A stretch of 60,000 nt of DNA from Lytechinus pictus (lineage: Eukaryota), in the NCBI RefSeq assembly GCF_037042905.1, contig NC_087252.1:21826001-21886000 (forward strand), written 5' to 3'. The translations under genes were made by a program, and so were the position numbers. Below the pieces are notes generated by a model. That model was not told the origin of the DNA. It saw nothing but the letters and a program-made list of their open reading frames with translations, and did not search any database. Shown in pieces: positions 50,620-60,000 of the stretch. How positions within the stretch are numbered: the first letter of the stretch is position 1; every line of letters begins with the position of its first letter.

Positions 50620-52930
50620 GATGTGCGAATAATTTGGTTTCAACGCCTGTCCGTTCCCAGAGATTGTAAAGCGCCAAAGCGCCACACGAAAGTGCCGATG
50701 TCAAAACATTTCATTTTTTGAACCCGCGACGCAGATTCGAACGCTTTCGGAAACATAGAGAATGTATTGTCAAATGCCCTTCCTTCGTGACAATGAAGTC
50801 TTTATCGAGGTCGGTGAATCGAAACGGCAGTTTTGTACTGGATTCTGGACAAACGACATACTTGCATTTTTTCGTAAGCTATGAAACGCAGGGCGAAACT
50901 AAACTGATTCCGATTCATCCATTTTCGACAAAGACCTCCAAGCTTTTTCATTGTGATTTGGCTTGCGATTGTAATGCATTTGCTGCGTTGCGGTGCGAAC
51001 ACTCATTACTCCAAGGATAGCTCGCGGAAGAGGAGACTCAAGCTCATGGTATGTGCTCGGTCGGTGGATGAAATGCGAACATATAATTTCAGGATCGTGA
51101 CATGATGCGAGATTCTGCATAATTATTATGCATCTCGTTAGTTGGATTTATATAACCTATCATCGTGTTCTTGATGTACATGTATACGTATAGTCCAACC
51201 AGGGATATGCAGCATATCCCTGGTCCAACCCAATCCAAATGTCATTTGATATAGCGCCTTTTCCTTTCGGTTACAAAGCGCTGAGCACACATTACTCCAT
51301 GTTTGGGCCACTAAACAATCATTAAACACCTCGGAATGATATGCTTATTCTATGCAATTCATTGTCCTCTAGAAAAATAGATATTATTAATGGCTTTCTT
51401 TAATTGCTCAACAGAGCAATGGCAGATGATTATTCATATTACTCTGATGGTAAGAACTCCCGTCTCTTTGTCATCGTTACTTGCCCCCCCCCCCAACCCC
51501 TCCTTTATCAATATCTTTTAATTTATCGGTTCGCTCCCAACCATACACATATTTCACCTCCCTTTCACATTTAATAGTTGCATGGAATATGGCACTAATA
51601 GAATTAGGATGATGATATAATGAAGAAGGAGATTGAGTATCATTTTAATTGAATCTAATTCCTTAGGCAAGCCATGCGAGAGGATTACTCGTAATCCTAA
51701 TTTTTTTTCTTGTTCGAACCATCATTATTTTGTCATGTTGCACCTTTCCCTAAATTTCATCTCGCCTCTCTCTCTCCCTCTCTCTCTGTCACTCTTTCCC
51801 ATACTCTCTCTTTCTCATGCATTTATCTTCACCCTCTACCTCTTCTCCCCTCCCTCTCCCTATCTTTCTAATTTTTCCCTTGTACATTTTTTAACTTTTC
51901 CATTACTCATGCTGCAGTCACACTTTCCCTCCGGCGAGTTGAAAAAAAGGGACGTTTTATTGTTTTTGACTCCCCAAAATGCCACCGTAAGCGAAATGTG
52001 ACTGCACCTCAATTGGTACTCCTCTTTCTGGCAAAAATATTAACATACTCTCATGCCATTTTCTCTCTTGATTTCTTGTATTTTCCTCTTTTATAATTTA
52101 CCTCTACACATCACAAGGACAGTCAAACTTGGGATAATCTAAACATCAAAATTGTTAAAGTTTATCATGTGCATGGACAGCTTACCACTTTAATTTTCTT
52201 ACATCCAATTCAATTTAATGCAATTCAATCATTTTATCAGTCTAGTCTCTGCTTTAAAACACCAACATTATCCTCGGACTCTTGACGTATATAAACATAA
52301 AAGCGTGTACAGTATATGTGCAAATGAAAACAACTAAATTACACAAATTGCCATTACCCCGTTTTACGAAGAGTTGCGACCGATCCGATCAACCACAACA
52401 ATGGAAGAGCAGTGCCTTAACATCTAAAATGCATGTTTGTTCAAAGTCTATGCTAGATAGGATGTATATTCGTACATTCATCGTTTTTTCTTGAAAAGTC
52501 AGAGTGCTTCTTTTTGTTTATAAATGACAGCGTGCAAACTCCATGTGTACAAAATTATGACAGTGATGGATTTCCATACAGTTGAGGTTGATTAGATCAT
52601 GGAGCTACTACTCTGAGTAGTAAGTCCATGAAAAGATCGATCTTAACCCTTTGTAAGACTTAAAGGGGAAGCTCACCCTGAAGAAAACGTTGTTGTTAAC
52701 ACTCACTTAAAATCCTATCCTGGTAAAGTTTCCATGGTCATGAATTAAGATGACGATCTGACGATCCATAAAGATCTTGTAATCTTCGGATATCGTAACA
52801 TTCCTATTCTCTCTTGTACTCAAAAACATGAAGGACCTATGTAAAATTGTATAATACATAATACTAAGAATGAATTGAAAAAGTGACTAATGATACAATG
52901 ATGCATATTAGCAGCGGCGATGTGGCCGGG

Positions 52931-53343
52931 TACACTGTTAGAAAATTTATCCTTAAAATAAAAGAAGTTCCTGCAGCAGAGTCTCGAGAACACCTGTAAT
53001 CTTACAGGAAATTGGTGTTTGGTGTATGGAATCTTACAAATTTCCTTGAATAAAACACCCTTTTCCCCTTTTTAAACAGACCTGGGGTCCGTTGCAGAAA
53101 GAGTTGCGTTTAAATGCAAATCAAAAAATAAATCACAAGTCCTAAATGCGCGCTGTTGATTGGTTGAAAATCAAGTTGCGCATGATTTTTAGGGTTGCGA
53201 TTGATTGCAACTCTTTCTGCAACGGGCCCCTGTTCTGTTAAATTGCAGAAGAATTCCTGTTTTATGAATTTACAGAATGACTATGTTATTGCTTTCTGCA
53301 AAATCTTCTTTTTCTGTAAAATCACGGTATTTTTTACAGTGTA
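52931..53343. mobile_element. MITE (TACACTGT..ACAGTGTA) with a nested MITE at 53084-53230
   Basis: terminal inverted repeats visible for both elements. Confidence 0.6.
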
Positions 53344-53624
53344 GGGGAAGGTTCAGCGGCAACCGCTTGTCAGAAAGTGCAACAAAAAAGAACAGAAATT
53401 AAAATGAAGAAAGGAGGATGAAGTGAAGAAAGCAGAGAATAAAAAAGAGACTCTTTGGCGGTCTTTTGAACGTTGTATGCCCATGGCTCTGTGAAGCTGG
53501 GGGGGGGGGGGCGTGTTTTATTCTCCGAATGCTGATTTTCTAGTTTAAATTTGAACTAGAAAATCAGCACTCGTAGTGCAGTCACTACACAAGCACTGTA
53601 AGTGCTAAATTAGCACTTCATTTT

Positions 53625-53864
53625 TTACAGCGTAAAATCCGAGATAGCAAGGTTTATGATGAAGTAGTTGTTGTAGCCGCGGAGGCGTTTCTCGACGGCG
53701 AATGCTGCCAGGCTGAGGCCATTGGTCGTGATGATGAGGGCCACAAAGAGCAGGGGTAGGAGTAGGGTGTGGAGACCCCGTCTGTCATCATCCGTTTCCG
53801 TCGCTACTATTTCTTGCTCCTGAAGAACGTCGGTCGTATTCCCGTTCCCGTACATGACTGTCAC
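53625..53864 (-). pseudogene. Truncated rhodopsin-class (aminergic-like) GPCR fragment: N-terminus, TM1 and start of TM2
   Basis: NTT glycosylation site, TM1 (..IITTNGLSLAAF), EKRLRGYNNYFIINLAISDF; ends at a repeat terminus (CTGTAAAAAATGAAGTGC); no continuation seen. Confidence 0.75.
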
Positions 53865-55056
53865 TACGGAGCTTGTAATTATATGTTTTTAAATTTGTGA
53901 ATTTTACCAGTGGCACTCTTGCTGACCGTCACTTAAGGTAGTATTTCGATACTAAAATATTTTGATTTGTATACGAGGCAGTATCCTTTGAAAGGTATAT
54001 CATACAAGGCGATGTCCTTGGATAAGCATATCAATTTTCAATAGATAGTTAAAATCAAAAGAATCAGTGACGAATGCTACTATTTCAATGTAAGATATTA
54101 AGTAGAAGCTTAATACGTACGGTTGGAGAGACGGGGTTGTGTAATTATATCGTTCTGTTGGTTAATAAAGGTATAGATGTATAGGCCTGTATTGAGGAAA
54201 AGACAATATGCCAATATAGATATCTTTAGGTATATCACATGGGATAAATCAATGGTTCATAAATCATAAGAACATTGAGAATAGAAGAGGATACAGTGCA
54301 GTAACCAGTGAGTTAAATACCAGGGACGCAGCTACGGTTTCTGTTTCATCCTGCAGCAATTCCGTCGTATCTTCGCCCGCACACAGTGTAGATAATTCAA
54401 CAGACGAATGTATTTTACTAATTTACCAACTTCCCTCCATCGGGATTTCGTAGATATTCAATCGGAACAAGTGTTGCTCGCAATATGTCTAATTTCAGGA
54501 AATGATGAACGAACATGACGAATCTGTGCAAGTGGGTCTTAGCCTAGACACGCATTGCAGTAGATCGAGTTCAGGAGAATAACCTGCAATTACCACTGGT
54601 TCGTGCGAAGACTGTTCAAGAACTAAAATTAATCCCATTATAATACAGGAAAGGCACGTATTTTTTTCATTGAAAATACATACAGCGCATTGCCTGGATA
54701 TTAAAAATGATTAAATGATATGATAGAGTTTAATAAGATAAAGTGCATCTAGCCCTCTTAACAAAAAGGTCAGCGATTAATCGCTAAATGAAATGGCCTA
54801 TCAAGATCACCGTTGCATACGCGTGTTGCTCAGTAGACTGACCAGGAACCAATCAGAATTGTTCTTTCATATTAGTCATTCATCCATCTGGGCCCGTTGC
54901 AGAAAAAGTCGCGTTTAAACGCAAGTAAACAAAAAATCAACTGCAAATCTTGAATTCGCTCTGTTGATTGGTTGAAAATCACATCGCTATTGATTTTTAG
55001 AGTTGCGTCTGATTTCAACTCTGTCTGAAACAGGCCCCGGATGTAAGAGGGGTTAT

Positions 55057-55309
55057 AATGATTATATCGTATCCTGTGATGAATAAAAATACTTTCTATG
55101 ACCATTTAATTCTCGCCGATCTTCCGCTTCTTTTGCATACAAACTCGATATAGAATTCTTTTTTAAAAAGAATGCTATATCGAGGTTGTATGCATTCTTT
55201 TTTTTTAAAGAATGCTATATCGAGGTTGCATGCAAAAGAAGCGGAAGATCGGCGAGAATTAAATGGTCATAGAAAGTATTTTTATTCATCACAGGATACG
55301 ATATAATCA
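55057..55309. repeat. Inverted repeat with arms of about 95 bp
   Basis: atgattatatcgtatcctgtgatgaataaaaatac..gtatttttattcatcacaggatacgatataatcat. Confidence 0.85.
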
Positions 55310-57175
55310 TTTTAACAGAGCATCGTGATTTCATAGTAAGTAATAGATTTTTTTTCACACAGAAATCGATATAATCAAGGTAATAGAGCAGGGAGTTTTC
55401 AGATGTCTTCAAATATTTATTTTATATTTCAGATTATAAAAGGGCACCGAGATTTCATATTTAGGTTTTCAATATTTTCTTTTATATAACAAATTGAATC
55501 AATAATTGATAAGAAAATTATAAGAGGAAAGGAAAGTGAGAACTTGAGATTATAGGTTGATTTTCTAATATTTTCTTTTAAAAGGGCATCGCGAATCCAG
55601 AGCTTTTTTCGTATTCCTTTTTATACTACAAGTGATAAAAGGCCACCGAGATTTTTAATAAATTATTTTATGTTTCGAACGAATTCAATAATTAATAAGA
55701 AAATAAATATTATAAGAGGAAATGTGAACTTGAGATTAAAGATTCTTTTTTTTTTAGCTTGGGCATCGAGATTCAAGAGCTCTTTTTCGTATAATACTTC
55801 AAATAATAAAAGACCATCGAGATTTTTCAATATATATATTTTTCATTTCAACTGATATCAATAAATAAAAAGAAAATAATAATTAGAAGTACTTGTAATA
55901 GAAAATGGAAACTTGAGAATAAAGAACTTTTCATTATTGATTAATCATGTCTAAAGGAAAAAAATCCATTACTTTCGTGAATAACATGATATCCTGTACC
56001 TAAGCTCATTCAATTGGAACCAACTGCCTGAGCATATACGGTTTTCAAAATTTGTTCACTCTTTCAAATACTTACTGAAACACATGTAGACAAATCGTTC
56101 CTTTTAATCAGTAAGCTTGTTATAACAGTATCATTCACTATTGTCCATTGTCCGCTCCGTTCCTAAAATACACTTAATCTCTATTCCTATTCTTTTCTTG
56201 TCTTTCTTTTATTCCCCCACCTTTCTTTCCATATATTTTTTCAACTTTAAAGCATGTCGTTTTTGTTGGTTTTTCTAGATGTATATAAGTGATAAGATGA
56301 CCAACTGACGCTGTATGTCTTTTGCTTTTTTTATTCCCAAATTAAAGTTATCAGTGTCGTGTAATACACTGCCTTATGTTTTAACAGTCATTCATCAAAT
56401 TTTAATGTTTTTTATGATAATGACAGAGCCCTGAGTAATTAGATCAGCTTTTAATGTTCTTTTTATTGTTTCTTTTCTGTATCTCGTAATGTCATATTAC
56501 TATGTTTTTCAGATATTGTATGTTTTATGCTGATCGCGCCACCCTGTCCTCGCCGCACATTGGGCCAGAATGAACCCAAAGTGCGCCAAAACCCATTATT
56601 CACACATTTGTACGATTAAACTTGGTAGATAGGGGTATTTTCACCCGTAGAATTCAAAAAAAGTATTTTCAAATATTGATGACGTCGTTAAAATACTGTT
56701 TTCTGATTGGCTGTTAACATTTGAGAAGAAATTACATATTTCTAATTCTACAATAAGTTTCAAATTTTCAGAAACTAGTTTTAGAGAAATTTCAGCAATA
56801 ATTAAGCATAATAGCAAACAGGAAACACACAAACAGGCAAACAAACAAGAAAAGTCTGTGCTCGGGGTACAAATAATTCAATTGGTGACTTGAGTATCGC
56901 TTAAAGAGGGCGCCCTACCATGAATCCGGAATTGTAAAATTCAAAGTGAAATTGTAAAAATAAATGAAAAGGAGTATTTTCATTCCCTGGGTACAATGAT
57001 TAACCAAACCTACATGAATTAAAATGGATTGATACCAGAAGTGGACAGTGAAATCTTTAAAATAATGATTCCAGTGATAAATAATAGAGGCCGGGTCCTC
57101 TGCAGGTTAATCAGTACAAGGCCCTACAAGGCCTACCTATTTCACCAAGAACGGCGTATACAAAGTTATTCCGAA

Positions 57176-57345
57176 TCAGAGTCTCTCTATCTCACCAACT
57201 ATTATGTCTTTGGTGAGAGGATCTTTTAGCATACTTTGAACATCAGGGGGAAGAGGCTGTGATTGTTGTACTCTTAAAAACTTGCTACTAATCACAATGT
57301 CACCTGTTACCATTAGTCTGTGCATGGACCTACTACACATGGTCT
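57176..57345 (-). pseudogene. Remnant resembling the C-terminus of a Transib transposase
   Basis: MHRLMVTGDIVISSK..QPLPPDVQSML resembles the Transib C-terminal HRLL.SSDP.ISS...LP.EV..LL pattern (recalled, not aligned); preceded by a ttccacag acceptor. Confidence 0.5.
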
Positions 57346-57397
57346 GTGGAATACATATAAAGTCAATGAGAGTCATAAACCAAACAATCCTTGAAAT

Positions 57398-57636
57398 CAT
57401 AGGCGGCGGAAGCGGAGGGGGACAGGTCCCCCCCCAAAAAAAAAATTGTTAGTTGATAACCTTTTTTTTTTTTTGCTTTTCGATTTTGTTTCGTGCGTCC
57501 CCCCTAAAATTGTGATTTTGGTTGATAACCTTTTTTTTTTTTTTTTTTTTTTTTGCTTGTCAATTTTTTTTTACATGTGTTCATCACAAAATTTCAGGTG
57601 GACCCCCCTTAATTTTGTTTGCTTCCGCCGCCAATG
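57398..57636. mobile_element. hAT-like MITE nested in the Transib element
   Basis: CATAGGCGGCGGAAGC..GCTTCCGCCGCCAATG TIRs, 8-bp TSD CTTGAAAT. Confidence 0.8.
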
Positions 57637-58827
57637 CTTGAAATGATAATATACACTTCCTTCTTGATCGATACTAACAATTATAGCAATTTTAGAATGA
57701 GCCAAGAGATACGAATTCATACGTGTATGTAAAGTTACAAACCTTTTTTTTTGGGGGGGGGTGGGGATAAATACTAATAATGATAATGCAACTTATACAT
57801 GTAATAGAGCCCACGTATATCCCATCTCTGCCCTATACACATTTTCATATTTTGTCAGAAAACTGCGTGAGACCTATCACATCCCTAGTCATGTGTATTA
57901 TAGTGATACACAGTAGCCCCTACTTGGTTTATGAACAGCAAATCAAATATATAATCTTACCCGGGAATCTTACCTTAAGAATTAATCTTCTCATGATGAC
58001 AGCATATCAGATATGGAACAGTTTGGCATCAAAATGAAGTTGTGTTACATGTATTATTATATAGTTAGTGGAATTGGAAATGAAAGCTTGCCTTTACGTA
58101 TGTTTAACGAAAATATTTTAAAGGCAGACACCAGTCACAAGAGCCGGACACTTGAGCCAGACATCCCCCCCCCCCCTCTCTCTCTCTCTCCCAGCACGCG
58201 ACGGGGAGTTTGTTTAATGTCACCCGCAACGTGCGGCACGCGCATAATGGGACACTAACTTGGAACGATTTTTTTGATAAATACGGCGAACATGGGGTTG
58301 GAAAATTTGTTATATCTCCAGAAAATGCACGTATATGCAGCTAAATTTGGTATCATTGTAAAGCATGAACTATAACAGAGACCGTCATGGTATTTACAGC
58401 GCATCAATCGACAGCAATTTGTAAAAGAAATGCTCATGAAAAAAAAAATTGCTTAAAACCCCCCATTGTCAAATGGTTTCGTCCGAAATTGCCTCTGAAG
58501 GGATTATCATTTTATCTTGAAAATCTTTGATCACTTAAAACAATCATTTATCAAAGAGCACCGTGAATTAGAAATATATTAAGCAATCCGTTTTGTTAAA
58601 ACAGTCAAATATCTCAAACGTGTCATTTACACATGCGGTAGCCGTAAAGAGTAATTTTCCGGTAATATTGAATACAAATGAGCAACTAATAATCAATTTA
58701 ATGGAGAAAAATTGTATGCAGGCATTCTACAGGTTCCTAACTTTGCTTAGAACATGAAAAAAAAAAAATTTGTTTCATGACCAAAAACCAGTTTTAGCGC
58801 ACTTTTGCTCTCTCCTGGCCCACTGTG

Positions 58828-60000
58828 CGCCGTCGAGAACAACCACCAACTCTTTCTCATCATATACGAATACCGGTCCATCTAGAGCAAAATGGGTAGA
58901 TTGGGGATTTATACACGCTTCATCTCCGAGCAGTTGTGATTTTTTCTCACATGGATTTTACTGCCATGCTGTCAAAAGGTAATCAATGGTTTTGTACCAG
59001 CAAGGGCTAGAACTTCACTTCCGACATTTTTATTGATTACATTTTTAAAACAATATAAATTCAAAGAAATCCTAAATTATGAGAAGATGAGATTTAATTT
59101 ACCGATGTTTACCTATGGCCATCTTGTCCTCTTTGTTAGTAGCTGAGCTATACGAGATATCGAGTAATAATATCGGAAATGTAAGTCTAGCCCATTTACA
59201 TGATTTAGGGCTGATATTTTACAGGAAAAGTAGAAATCTCGGGGACAAAAAAATTTGACCGCGGTATACGCACATGCATGAATGGGGCACAATCCCTGGC
59301 TCCGTGGAGAGTAAGCATACGTTAGTGAATGATTTTTACTCTCTAACTTCCTGGCTACCGTAGCCGGGGTTCGATCCCCGTAATTTCACGTGTCTATAGA
59401 CAGGGGCCTTAGACCAATTGATCACAGCACCTCTAACGTTATGTGTAATAATGCCAATTGATAACGTTATATAGAGCGAAGAAATTGACAAATCTGTAAT
59501 AAATTGATAAAGATGTAAAAACGAAGAGAAAATATCACTTACTTGAAGAGTTTGAAGGCTCGTTCTCCATACATTCTCGCAGCTCTCGTTCGAGCAAACA
59601 TGCAGACTTGCTATCTTGTACGTTCAATCTATTCATACACGCACGTAGAAGGCCAGTGTCATCGAAGACAGTGCACATGATGGATGGAGAAGCTAGCGAC
59701 AAGAGACGATGAACACGAATGAATATACTGTAATTGAATGACCCCGAGCTCCCCCCCCCTCAATCTAGCAAAGTGCGAGTGTTTGACATTCCGGCCGTCG
59801 AAACACGATAATCATTGCAATCCTCATGATAAAGGGATGATAATAGGCATACTGATCGTACTTTTTAAACGGGCGTTGTTGTTCCTGGCAGCCTTCAGTA
59901 ACAGGTTTATGTAATATCTAGACAATTGGTAAACATAAATATTAGGCCTATCAACCGTAAAACTTTAATAACTAATATCTGTTGGATCATGGTTAGATGG
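58828..60000 (-). pseudogene. Partial duplicate of the IgSF gene (exon 2 intact at 59543-59692; exon 3 at 58828-58881 broken by Transib)
   Basis: High identity to 48985-49130 and 49450-49880, including intron sequence; continues past the window end. Confidence 0.8.
59310..59432 (-). mobile_element. tRNA-derived SINE fragment
   Basis: rc GGTGCTGTGATCAATTGGTCTAAGG..GGGATCGAACCCC. Confidence 0.6.

Larger units (their letters stand above)
56556..58827 (-). mobile_element. Non-autonomous Transib/RAG-superfamily-like DNA transposon with RSS-like TIRs
   Basis: Left end CACATTGGGCCAGAATGAACCCAAAGTGCGCCAAAACC; right end (rc) CACAGTGGGCCAGGAGAGAGCAAAAGTGCGCTAAAAC; 5-bp TSD CGCCG (56551-56555, 58828-58832); probable transposase C-terminal remnant at about 57176-57345. 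Confidence 0.82.

Noticed and set aside
50718..51020. ORF upstream of the IgSF start codon
   Set aside because: Shares sequence with the inverted-repeat element at about 44285-44470 (aatgtattgtcaaatgccctt, ttttcgacaaagacc), so it is a repeat.

Overview
Animal (eukaryotic) genomic DNA, AT-rich and dense in microsatellites, SINEs and MITEs. The repeat landscape and gene content suggest an echinoderm such as a sea urchin (inference). Two spliced genes converge tail-to-tail. (1) On the + strand is the 3' two-thirds of a Roundabout (Robo) receptor: 19 phase-consistent coding exons from 2924 to 28566 (Ig4, Ig5, 3xFN3, TM, CC0/CC1/CC2 motifs). (2) On the - strand is a complete 11-exon gene of about 537 aa (50619->33625): signal peptide, a small 4-Cys module, 3 Ig, 1 FN3 and a GPI-like tail (Klingon/Wrapper/Lachesin-type architecture). 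One intron of the second gene holds a decayed CR1/L2-type LINE, into which a 4.2-kb almost perfectly palindromic foldback element (TATG..CATA ends, 6-bp TSD) has inserted. At the right end is a partial duplicate of the IgSF gene. Its first Ig exon is split by a 2.27-kb Transib/RAG-superfamily-like element with RSS-like ends (CACAGTG/CACATTG), a 5-bp CGCCG TSD confirmed by the empty site in the paralog, and a probable transposase C-terminal remnant. Also present: a truncated rhodopsin-class GPCR fragment, a triplicated Robo exon segment whose copied splice donors are both inactivated, and a candidate frameshifting microexon flanked by structured GC-rich intronic elements. Most ORFs in the supplied track are low-complexity artefacts. 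All exon boundaries were read by eye.
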